24,000 bases of DNA from Oceanipulchritudo sp. (GTDB taxonomy: Bacteria; Verrucomicrobiota; Verrucomicrobiia; Opitutales; Oceanipulchritudinaceae), in contig JAWLGH010000024.1 of assembly GCA_041685165.1 (NCBI GenBank), positions 1,002 through 25,001 of the forward strand. Direction: 5' to 3'. Below, piece after piece: positions 8,867 to 16,503 of the stretch (its first letter is position 1; every line of letters begins with the position of its first letter). Position numbers and translations under genes: made by a program. The notes under the pieces are model-generated. The model made no database searches. It saw only the letters and a program-made list of their open reading frames with translations, and was not told the origin of the DNA.

Positions 8867-9397
8867 ATGCCCACCACCATACCGCTTCCCCTCCTTTTCG
8901 CTGTTGTTCTCCTTTTGCCGCTCTCCAACTCCAGTGCCACCAGCAAGGGTCCTATGAAAGAATCACCAGAAGCACCGCAACTCCGCCCGGAAACGCGTAA
9001 CTTGAGTCCGGAGGATTGGAAAAACAAGCTCACTCCGGAGCAATACCGCATCCTCCGCCAGGCCGGTACCGAACGTCCCGATGGCAGTGTCTATCACCAG
9101 TTTAAACAACAGGGTCCCGGGACCTATTTCTGCGCCGGATGCGGGACACCCCTGTTCTCCTCCGAGCAGAAGTTCGATTCCCGCTGCGGCTGGCCCTCGT
9201 TCTGGGATCCCGCCAGCATCGACAGTATCGAGACGCGCCCCGATAACAGCATGGGTACCCTCCGTACCGAGGTCGTCTGCGCCACCTGCAAGGGCCATCT
9301 CGGGCATCTCTTCGAGGGAGAGGGCTTCGATACCCCCACCGATCAACGCTACTGTATCAACGGTACCGTCCTTGTCTTTGTTCCCGACGAACCGTAA
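8867..9397 (+). CDS. msrB: peptide-methionine (R)-S-oxide reductase MsrB, possibly exported
   Basis: LTPEQYRILRQAGTERP, two CxxC Zn motifs (FCAGCGTP and VCATCKGHLGHLF), CGWPSF and the catalytic RYCINGTVL are present. The N-terminal 25-30 residues are hydrophobic (MPTTIPLPLLFAVVLLLPLSNSSA). An alternative internal start exists at 8954. Confidence 0.9.
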   Translation: MPTTIPLPLLFAVVLLLPLSNSSATSKGPMKESPEAPQLRPETRNLSPEDWKNKLTPEQYRILRQAGTERPDGSVYHQFKQQGPGTYFCAGCGTPLFSSEQKFDSRCGWPSFWDPASIDSIETRPDNSMGTLRTEVVCATCKGHLGHLFEGEGFDTPTDQRYCINGTVLVFVPDEP

Positions 9398-9415
9398 AAG
9401 AGGCGGGCCCCGTCC

Positions 9416-10180
9416 CTAATGGACGCTTCCGCCCTTGATCTGGATGGGCTCCGGGGCCTTCTCCGCGGGGATGTTTTCCGCTTTGGCGATTCCCGGCCAC
9501 GAGCCCTGCGGGGCCGCCCAAGCGACGGCATTGTGGATGACTTTCAGGACCGACTCGTTATAGTAGATTGGATAGGTCTCGTGCCCCGGACGGAAGTAAA
9601 AGATTTTCCCGTTTCCCCGATGCCAGCAGTTGCCGCTGCGGAAGACCTCGCCTCCTTCAAACCATGAGATGAAAACCTGTTCCTCGGGCTCGGGTATGGA
9701 AAAGGGTTCCCCGTACATCTCCGTATTTTCGAGTTCGATACAGGGGCCGATGCCGGCCGCGATCGGATGGCCCGGATTGACGACCCAGAGGCGCTCGCGT
9801 TCACCGGCCTCGCGCCACTTCAGGGCGCAGGGGGTACCCATCAGCCGCTTGAAGATCTTTGAAAAGTGCCCCGAATGAAGGACAATCAGGCCCATGCCCT
9901 CGAGGACCCGCTGCTGGACGCGGTCCACGATGGCGTCCTGCACCTCACCGTGGGCACGGTGTCCCCACCAGATCAGGACGTCGGTCCCGGAGAGGACTTC
10001 CTCGGTCAGGCCGTGTTCCGGCATCTCCAGCGTCGCCGTGCCGATGGAGAGGGACTTCCCGCTGTCAAGCTTGCGCAGGCCGGCCTCAATCGCCCCGTGG
10101 ATGCCGTCGGGATAGAGTTTCCCGACCAGTTCGTTCTTCCGTTCATGGACGTTCTCGTTCCAGATGGTAACCCGTGTCAT
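9416..10180 (-). CDS. ThuA domain-containing protein (trehalose-utilisation-like)
   Basis: [35 protein letters not shown]...[14 protein letters not shown]...[10 protein letters not shown] fits the ThuA family pattern. The start lies 1 nt after the PolX stop. Confidence 0.8.
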   Translation of the reverse strand: MTRVTIWNENVHERKNELVGKLYPDGIHGAIEAGLRKLDSGKSLSIGTATLEMPEHGLTEEVLSGTDVLIWWGHRAHGEVQDAIVDRVQQRVLEGMGLIVLHSGHFSKIFKRLMGTPCALKWREAGERERLWVVNPGHPIAAGIGPCIELENTEMYGEPFSIPEPEEQVFISWFEGGEVFRSGNCWHRGNGKIFYFRPGHETYPIYYNESVLKVIHNAVAWAAPQGSWPGIAKAENIPAEKAPEPIQIKGGSVH

Positions 10181-10181
10181 G

Positions 10182-11951
10182 TCAGCCAGTTTTCAGGAGG
10201 GAAAGGACAGCGTCAAGGGAACGTGTATTGAAAATATCCTTCACCCCGAGGCCCGCCTTGCGCGCCGAGAGAATACCCGCCTCGAGGTAATCGAGGTCCT
10301 CCACCGCATGGGCGTCGGGAGTGACCACGCACAGGACGCCTCTCGCCGCGGCGTGGCCCCAGTGGCGCCAGTCCATGTCCATCCTCCAGGGGTTGGCGTT
10401 CAATTCGATGAGGACGCCGTTCCGGGCCGCCGCCTCGATGACCCGGCGCAGGTTCACCGCATAGCCTTCGCGGCGCAGGAGGAGGCGCCCTGTCGGATGG
10501 CCGAGGATCTTCAGGCAGCCGGTATCGGTCGAGATGGCCCGGATGATCCGCTCCGTCATCTCATCCTCGCTCTGGCCGGTCATTGAGCCGTGTACGGAGA
10601 GCACGCAGTAGTCGAGTTGTTCGAGGATGTCCTTCCCGAAATCGAGGGTTCCCTCTTTGAGGATATCGACTTCGCAACCCGCGAACAGATGGGCCTGCCC
10701 CTTGTCCCGGGAAGCATTCAGCCGGCGGATTTCCGCGACTTGCTCGAGGAGCCGTTCCGCATCCAGTCCGTTGGCCTGGAAACTGGCTTTGGAGTGGTCC
10801 GCGATCCCGATGTAATCGAGTCCCCGTTGCCCTGCCGCACGGGCCATCTCCTCAAGGGTGTTGTGCCCGTCGGAGGCCCGGGTATGATTGTGGAAGGTTC
10901 CCCTGAGGACATCCAGCGCGAGGGGATGCTCGAGTCGACCCGCCTCGGCCAACTCCACTTCGTCCAGGCCCTCCCGCCGTTCCGGCGGTATGTACTCAAG
11001 CCCGAGGGCCTTGAAGAGGTCGGCTTCCTCGCTGATTCCGTCCCGGGCAAGGGGCCGGTCCAAGGCTTTCCCGCCATCCTCAGGTTCATCCCCCTTGGTG
11101 AAGATTCCCCATTCCGACAGGGAAAGGCCTCGGGCCAGGGCCCGTTGACGCATCTTCACATTGTGGTCCTTGGAACCGGTGAAATGATGCAGGGCAAAGA
11201 CAAACCGGTCGTCGGGAACCACGCGCAAGTCGGCCTGCAAGCCCCCTTCAAAGCGCACGCTGGACTTGGTCTCCCCCCGGGCCGTGACCTCGCTCACGCC
11301 CGTCCGGGTCGTGAACCACTCCATGATGGGGCCGGGGTCATCGGAGGAGACAATGAAGTCAAGGTCACCCACCGTCTCGCGCACCCGCCGGAAGCTGCCC
11401 GCAACTTCGGCCCGCCGGACCTCGGGAAGCTTCCGTAACGCCTCCAGAAGGGGCTGGGCCACCGGGCGGACGTCCCACCAGAGATGACGCTTGCCGTAGG
11501 CGATGCGGTTCTCAATCCCGCTGAGGATGTTCTCCACGGACTTCTTCCCGAATCCGGGCAGCCCCGCAACCTTGCCGGATTCGCAGGCCATCTTCAGGTC
11601 CTCGATTGTCTCGACCAACAGTTCCTGTTGCACTTTACGGATCTTTTTTGGCCCGAAACCCGGGATCTCCAGCATCTCCATGAGGCCGCCGGGGACGGAG
11701 GCCCTCAGTTTGTCGTAGTAGGGCAGTTCCCCGCTTTCGCGGAGGACGGCGATCTTCTCCGCAAGGGCCTTGCCGATACCACTCACTTTGTCCAGCCGCC
11801 CTTCCTCAATCAGCTTGTCCAGATCCTCATCAAGGTTCCCGAGGGCGCGGGCCCCCGATTGGTAGGCCCGCACCTTGAAGGGGTTCTCCCCCTTGAGCTC
11901 AAGGAGGATGGCGATTTCTTCCAGACGGTCGGCAATTTCCCGGACTTCCAT
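10182..11951 (-). CDS. polX: DNA polymerase/3'-5' exonuclease PolX (family X polymerase with C-terminal PHP domain)
   Basis: The N-terminus has HhH motifs ([47 protein letters not shown]). The nucleotidyltransferase core is [19 protein letters not shown]. The PHP domain begins at [17 protein letters not shown]. The product is 589 aa. Confidence 0.9.
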   Translation of the reverse strand: MEVREIADRLEEIAILLELKGENPFKVRAYQSGARALGNLDEDLDKLIEEGRLDKVSGIGKALAEKIAVLRESGELPYYDKLRASVPGGLMEMLEIPGFGPKKIRKVQQELLVETIEDLKMACESGKVAGLPGFGKKSVENILSGIENRIAYGKRHLWWDVRPVAQPLLEALRKLPEVRRAEVAGSFRRVRETVGDLDFIVSSDDPGPIMEWFTTRTGVSEVTARGETKSSVRFEGGLQADLRVVPDDRFVFALHHFTGSKDHNVKMRQRALARGLSLSEWGIFTKGDEPEDGGKALDRPLARDGISEEADLFKALGLEYIPPERREGLDEVELAEAGRLEHPLALDVLRGTFHNHTRASDGHNTLEEMARAAGQRGLDYIGIADHSKASFQANGLDAERLLEQVAEIRRLNASRDKGQAHLFAGCEVDILKEGTLDFGKDILEQLDYCVLSVHGSMTGQSEDEMTERIIRAISTDTGCLKILGHPTGRLLLRREGYAVNLRRVIEAAARNGVLIELNANPWRMDMDWRHWGHAAARGVLCVVTPDAHAVEDLDYLEAGILSARKAGLGVKDIFNTRSLDAVLSLLKTG

Positions 11952-11993
11952 GCCATCCAGTATGCGGGCAAAGCCGCCTCAGGCAAGAATGGG

Positions 11994-13742
11994 CTAACGC
12001 CTTTCCGCACCCTGCCGCCTCAGGCTCGCAAGGGTGTCCCGGACAAATTCGCGAAACGGCGTCACCCGTGCCCCCCGTTGGGCGTTCTCCTCCGCAATCT
12101 CGAAGGCGATACGCCACTGCCTGCAGAGGATCATCCAGGCATGCAGCAACCCGTGGCGGGGATCGTAGATGTGGGCGGCCTCCGAGGTCAGGCCGTTCAC
12201 TTCAAGCACCTTGAGGCCTTCCCCTCGACGCAGGTGGTCCTCATCCGGGGCCTTGAGGTCGAAGCGCCCGAAGTGGAATCCCGGGCAGGCTGCGGCAATT
12301 TCGTCCATCCGCTTCTCCAGTTCAGGAGTCCGCAGATCCGTGCCATCGAGGAAAAGGGAGCCGAGGGCATGGGTTCCCAGTTCCCCGAGGGCAAGGACCT
12401 CCCCCTTCGCGGGAATCCTCTCCAGTTCCCCGGCAAAGCGGTCGAGAAAGGTGTCGAGAAGGGCAATGGCCCGGGGGTGCTTCAGGATAAGGGTCTCGAG
12501 GGTGTCCCTTCCTGTACCGGTCACTTCCAGCTGCACTTTTCTGGCAATTGAAAAGGTCCGTCCCCGCGTTTCGGAAGGATAGCGGAAATGGAAAATACCG
12601 AATTCCAGGCCGCCGACGTATGCCTGCAGGATGGCCGTTCCCCTTAATCCCGCCAGCCAGCCCCGCGCCGCCTCCTTGTCCCGGATAATGGCCACCCCCA
12701 GTCCCCGCTGCCCCTCGTCCGGTTTCAGCACCACCGGCCAATCAAGGCCAAGGGCCTCCATCGCCTCCTCAAGGTGTGCCATTCGTTCGGGTACCGGCCC
12801 CGGAGGCAGGTTTCGCCAGGCCGGAAGGGCCTCCCCGTCGGCGGCCAGCGCCTCGAGCAGGGTGCCCTTGCTCTCACCCACCACCCCGCCGTGTGGCATG
12901 CAGGGATTGACCGCCGTGAAAAGGGTGGGCCGTCGATAGCGGAAAATCCCGAGGTAAAGGACGTAGAGGAACACCACCCAGTTCACCTGCCAGACCGGCC
13001 AGAATTCCCATTGGGTCGCCCGGATCCATTTCCCCCGCAGGCGGCGGCGGCCCCGCCAGGTGAAAAGGGGAATTCCGTAATGAAAAAAAATATACAGAAG
13101 GAGCAGGGCCAGCCCGAGGGCCGGCAGGGCGAGGGCCTCGTAATTCTCGTAAAGCCTCAGGAGCCGGTTCCCGAGCAGATGGCTCAGCCCGACGAGAAAG
13201 GGTGTCCAGAGGGCCGCCGCAAGGGCAAAGACAAGGACAAATCGTCCGAAGGGCGCATGCAGGGCCCCCGCGGAAAAGTAGGTCGCGGATCGCGTGCCCG
13301 GGATAAACCGTGTGATGAGAATGATCCAGGCACCGTATCTCCGGAATTGTCCCGCCGCCCGGTCAACGGCCCGCTCCGAGACGATTAACCGCGACCACCG
13401 GTGGCGAAGGAGCGGCCGCCCGAAAAAATAGCCCAGTCCGTAAATGAGGGTGTCCCCGACAAAAATACCGGCAAAGGCCGCCAGCGTCGCGGAGGCATAG
13501 TCGAGCCGACCGGTGGCCGCCAGCAGCCCCGCGCTGATGCAGGCGAGGTCCTCCGAAAGAAGGGTCCCCACCGATATCGCCAGAAGCATCAGCCAGCGTC
13601 CGGTCCCCGTTAACGGTTCCCCCGGGGAGGCCAGGATGTCCGGATCACCAAAATCGGGCAGGTGCCTGTAGGAAACAATGAAGACAACAAGGACCGCCGC
13701 CACCCCGAAGCCGCCGGCGAGGGTCTTAGCCCTCCCGTCCAT
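11994..13742 (-). CDS. fusion protein: N-terminal DedA/VTT-family membrane domain + C-terminal ATP-grasp carboxylate-amine ligase-like domain
   Basis: The N-terminal half is polytopic with DedA-type motifs (LSEDLACISAGLLAATGRL, FVGDTLIYGLGYFFGRPLL, ITRFIPGTRSATYFSAGAL). Extra TM helices follow, and then ATP-grasp motifs appear (WPVVLKPDEGQRGLGVAII, LQAYVGGLEFGIF, GLKVLEVNGLTSE = ExN). The start overlaps the upstream NRDE gene by 17 nt. Confidence 0.75.
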   Translation of the reverse strand: MDGRAKTLAGGFGVAAVLVVFIVSYRHLPDFGDPDILASPGEPLTGTGRWLMLLAISVGTLLSEDLACISAGLLAATGRLDYASATLAAFAGIFVGDTLIYGLGYFFGRPLLRHRWSRLIVSERAVDRAAGQFRRYGAWIILITRFIPGTRSATYFSAGALHAPFGRFVLVFALAAALWTPFLVGLSHLLGNRLLRLYENYEALALPALGLALLLLYIFFHYGIPLFTWRGRRRLRGKWIRATQWEFWPVWQVNWVVFLYVLYLGIFRYRRPTLFTAVNPCMPHGGVVGESKGTLLEALAADGEALPAWRNLPPGPVPERMAHLEEAMEALGLDWPVVLKPDEGQRGLGVAIIRDKEAARGWLAGLRGTAILQAYVGGLEFGIFHFRYPSETRGRTFSIARKVQLEVTGTGRDTLETLILKHPRAIALLDTFLDRFAGELERIPAKGEVLALGELGTHALGSLFLDGTDLRTPELEKRMDEIAAACPGFHFGRFDLKAPDEDHLRRGEGLKVLEVNGLTSEAAHIYDPRHGLLHAWMILCRQWRIAFEIAEENAQRGARVTPFREFVRDTLASLRRQGAERR

Positions 13743-14472
13743 GAACCGGTCCTTCCTCCGGGTATGTCAGCATGAGGGGATCCTCGAATCCGTCTCCGTC
13801 GGCCGCCCTCGCCCGGTAGACCATCGTGAAGCCCCCCGTCCCTGTACGGACCTCAGTCTGGCTCACCGTCCGGGCATCGTCCCGGTCCATGGTCATCCCT
13901 TCTGCCGGGTCGGGAGCTTTTTCCCGCAGGCGCCGGGCGAGGGCCGCCCGTCCCGCTTCCGGATGATTCGCATGGAAGTCGTCCCAGGCCTTCTTCCGTA
14001 TCACGGGAATACTCCCCGGGCGGTAAGAAGAGGTTGTAAACCAGCCGTCCCGGGCCTCTCCAAGGGTTAGCCGGGTCCCGTCCCAGTCCGCTTTAAGGAC
14101 CCCCTCGGGTGAAAGGATGAAGAGGTGAAAAGGCGCGTAGGCTTCCGGCTGACCGTTCCGCAGGGCCTTTTCAGCCTCCTCGCCTGAAGCTGTCGCCGCA
14201 AGGTCACGCACGAGGAGTCCGCGACTCCGGCCTCCCCCTTTGGACAATGAACCTCCAGTCGCGTACGAGTTCAGGAGGGCGACCGCAAAGCCCTGCGACG
14301 ACACCGCAAGCCAGGTTCCCCCGCCTTCGGGATCGCGGGCATACCCCAGGGTTCCCTGCGGCCCCGGATACAGGCAGGGCGCTTCCGCGGCAGCCCGGCT
14401 CCGCTGCTCGTCGCGATTGAAACAGGCCCAGAGGTCGCCATTGGTCCCGGTTTCCCAAGCAAACGTGCACAT
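13726..14472 (-). CDS. NRDE family protein (TANGO2 homolog)
   Basis: The N-terminus is M-MCTFAW, matching the family-typical MCT start, so the second Met at 14472 is preferred. The eponymous motif ACFNRDEQRSR is present. The ~248-aa length fits the family. Confidence 0.8.
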   Translation of the reverse strand: MCTFAWETGTNGDLWACFNRDEQRSRAAAEAPCLYPGPQGTLGYARDPEGGGTWLAVSSQGFAVALLNSYATGGSLSKGGGRSRGLLVRDLAATASGEEAEKALRNGQPEAYAPFHLFILSPEGVLKADWDGTRLTLGEARDGWFTTSSYRPGSIPVIRKKAWDDFHANHPEAGRAALARRLREKAPDPAEGMTMDRDDARTVSQTEVRTGTGGFTMVYRARAADGDGFEDPLMLTYPEEGPVHGREG

Positions 14473-14479
14473 CACCCAG

Positions 14480-14989
14480 TCAGTTTGTCTTCTCGCCCAC
14501 GTGCGAGAGGGTGGAAGGCGCTATCCCAAACTCCGCCGGAAGGCGGGTGAATCCAAAGCGTCGCGCAATCGAGGCAATGAGGGCATAATGATGGATGGTG
14601 TGGCTGAGCAGGAATTGCAGTTCTCTCCGCAGAGTCGTCTTGCTCCAACTGGAGCTTCCCCCGTCGTCCATCCGGATCTGCAGTTCCCGGTCAAAGTCGG
14701 CCTCCGAGACGGTGCCCAGTTTTTCTATCAGGTTTTCAATCAGGTGAATGGCCGCGTCCGGCCGGGTCTCAATGGATGTATCCCGACTCCGGGCGTCGTA
14801 ATCGACCCACCCCGGTTCCATCCCCGTCATGAAGGCTTTGTAATGATCCAGATTGTGCCTCAGATGACCTCCGATGGTGCTTCCGAACACCTCCGCGCAG
14901 GGTTTGCTGTAAAAGCCTTCGGGCAGATTTCGCAGGAGTTCAATCCCTTGCCGCAGGCAGGAGATATTGGAGACGGCAAGTGTGTTCAT
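14480..14989 (-). CDS. DinB-family (four-helix bundle, metal-binding) protein
   Basis: 169 aa with His-rich motifs at helix ends (GGHLRHNLDHY and LLSHTIHHYALI), typical of the DinB/YfiT superfamily. It ends 4 nt upstream of the NRDE gene start. Confidence 0.7.
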   Translation of the reverse strand: MNTLAVSNISCLRQGIELLRNLPEGFYSKPCAEVFGSTIGGHLRHNLDHYKAFMTGMEPGWVDYDARSRDTSIETRPDAAIHLIENLIEKLGTVSEADFDRELQIRMDDGGSSSWSKTTLRRELQFLLSHTIHHYALIASIARRFGFTRLPAEFGIAPSTLSHVGEKTN

Positions 14990-15104
14990 ATCATTGGATC
15001 AAATACCCTAGGCCGGGCCCTAAATGTCTTTCAACAACGGATTGGCTGAATATCGCCGCCGCCCTTGCCAAAGGTTCCCTTTCGCTTTTAAAACCAGCCT
15101 CGTT

Positions 15105-16208
15105 ATGTCCGAAAATTCCTTTGATACCGTGGAAAGCGCCATTGATGCCATCACCGATGGCCAGCTCGTCATCGTCGTCGATGACGAGGACCGTGAAAAT
15201 GAGGGCGACCTCATCATGGCCGCTTCCAAGGCCACCCCGGAAACGGTCAACATGATGATTCGCCACGGACGTGGTCTCATCTGCGTCCCCACCGTCGAAC
15301 CCCAGCTCAAGCGTCTCGGACTCAACCCCATGGTCGCCAATAACCGCGAAAGCCATCGGACCGACTTCACGGTCTCCGTCGATGCCGCCGAGGGCGTCAC
15401 CACCGGTATCAGCGCCGCCGACCGCTGCGAGGCCATCCGCATCATTGCCGATCCCGAGTCAACCGCTGACCGCCTCGTCCAGCCCGGCCACATTTTTCCC
15501 CTCCGGGCCCGTCCAGGCGGGGTCCTTCAGCGGGCCGGGCACACCGAGGCTGCCGTCGACCTCGCCGTCCTCGCCGGCCTTCCCCCGGCCGGTGTCCTCT
15601 GCGAAATCCTCAATGAAGACGGGACCATGGCCCGGCTCCCGGAGCTCATGACGTTCCGCAAGGCCTTCGGCCTCAAGCTGATCTCCATCAAGCAACTCAT
15701 CGAGTATCGCCACAACCGCGAAAAGCTTGTCGATCCGATCCATTCCGAACCCTTTCACAACGTCTATGGAGACTGGACCCTCCACCTTTTCCGTTCCCTC
15801 ACCGACCAGCGCATCCACTTTGCCCTCACAATGGGTGACCTCGATGAATCCCCCACCCTCGTTCGCGTCCAGTCCGAGAATATCCTCAATGATGTCTTTT
15901 CAAACCATGAAAGGGGTCAGCAGCGCTCCGTCGATCGCGCCCTCCAGCGCATCGCCAGCGAGGGACGGGGCGCCTTCATCTACATGACCCATTCCTGCGC
16001 CGGGCTCAATGTACCCCAGGTTTTCGCTTCCGATTCCGGTTCCTGCTTCCTTGAACCTGTCAGCATGGATTTCCGTGGCTACGGCCTCGGGGCCCAGATC
16101 CTCTATGCCCTCGGCCTCCGGCGTATACGTCTTCTCTCCTCCTCCAAACGCCGCCACATCGCCCTCGATGGCTACGGCCTCCATATCGAGGACTTTGTCT
16201 CCCCCTGA
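15105..16208 (+). CDS. ribB: 3,4-dihydroxy-2-butanone-4-phosphate synthase fused to a degenerate (probably inactive) GTP cyclohydrolase II-like domain (RibBX-type)
   Basis: The RibB half is intact (VVDDEDRENEGDLIMAA, HRTDFTVSVDA, PGHIFPL, GGVLQRAGHTEAAVDL). The C-terminal half aligns to RibA but has lost its Zn ligands: VRVQSENILNDVFSNHERGQQ replaces VHSECLTGD...RCDCG. The ATG at 15105 (MSENSFDTVESAI) is preferred over the ATG at 15024. Confidence 0.88.
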   Translation: MSENSFDTVESAIDAITDGQLVIVVDDEDRENEGDLIMAASKATPETVNMMIRHGRGLICVPTVEPQLKRLGLNPMVANNRESHRTDFTVSVDAAEGVTTGISAADRCEAIRIIADPESTADRLVQPGHIFPLRARPGGVLQRAGHTEAAVDLAVLAGLPPAGVLCEILNEDGTMARLPELMTFRKAFGLKLISIKQLIEYRHNREKLVDPIHSEPFHNVYGDWTLHLFRSLTDQRIHFALTMGDLDESPTLVRVQSENILNDVFSNHERGQQRSVDRALQRIASEGRGAFIYMTHSCAGLNVPQVFASDSGSCFLEPVSMDFRGYGLGAQILYALGLRRIRLLSSSKRRHIALDGYGLHIEDFVSP

Positions 16209-16360
16209 ACCCGAAACCACTTAACCGCGCCTTTCGACCGCTCACCTTTTTTATCAATCAGTTTCCCGGGACCCGTTTGACCCCCTTCAGGTTAAGGTGC
16301 TCTGTATAGGCCTGAAGTAGATTTAATCGCTACTTTTTGGGGTATTAGTATAAGAGCTGG

Positions 16361-16393
16361 AACCGCGGTCCCTCACGGGGCCGCGGTTTTTTT
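16361..16393 (+). terminator. rho-independent terminator-like hairpin plus T7 tract
   Basis: The stem AACCGCGGTCCC (16361-16372) pairs with GGGGCCGCGGTT (16377-16388) around a TCAC loop, with one G-U pair. It runs into TTTTTTT (16387-16393). It lies 150 nt after the ribB stop and 110 nt before the metY ATG. Confidence 0.6.
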
Positions 16394-16503
16394 CTTGTTC
16401 GGAAGGTCGATTTCCTGAAAAACCATTGGATTCGAACAATGGGACCTGAGTGGTTTTCGCCTTGAATAACGATCCTCACATCGACCTCCAACCAGAACGC
16501 ATC

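Noticed and set aside
10590-12551. Plus-strand ORFs of 282 aa and 355 aa opposite polX and the ATP-grasp fusion
   Set aside because: They are shadow ORFs antisense to motif-bearing genes and have no domain signatures.
13083-13090. A8 homopolymer inside the DedA-ATP-grasp CDS (and A7 at about 3155-3161 in the receptor gene) as possible phase-variation tracts
   Set aside because: The tracts are short. They encode ordinary Phe-Phe/Ile-Phe residues in hydrophobic segments, and the reading frames are intact. There is no evidence of slippage.
14990-15104. Possible FMN (RFN) riboswitch upstream of ribB
   Set aside because: The leader is only ~115 nt. I could not find the conserved RFN core elements or the multi-stem architecture. 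A covariance-model scan would be decisive.
16245-16330. Superficial resemblance to a SAM-I riboswitch (UUAUCAAUCAG..., GGGAC..CCC, AAGGUGCU)
   Set aside because: The P1 pairing is poor, the P3 GCAACC/GGUGCC pair and the J3/4 consensus are missing, and the spacing is wrong. I treat it as chance similarity and report the region only as an unclassified structured leader.
16423-16442. tRNA T-arm-like element on the minus strand (CCATTG-TTCGAATC-CAATGG contains GTTCGAATC)
   Set aside because: The loop is 8 nt rather than 7. No acceptor stem, D-arm or anticodon arm can be built from the flanking sequence, so it is not a tRNA or tmRNA.
16439-16465. 8-codon upstream ORF (MGPEWFSP) in the metY leader
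   Set aside because: It has no Met or Cys codons that would make sense for attenuation, no obvious ribosome-binding site, and it lies downstream of the terminator. It is probably fortuitous.
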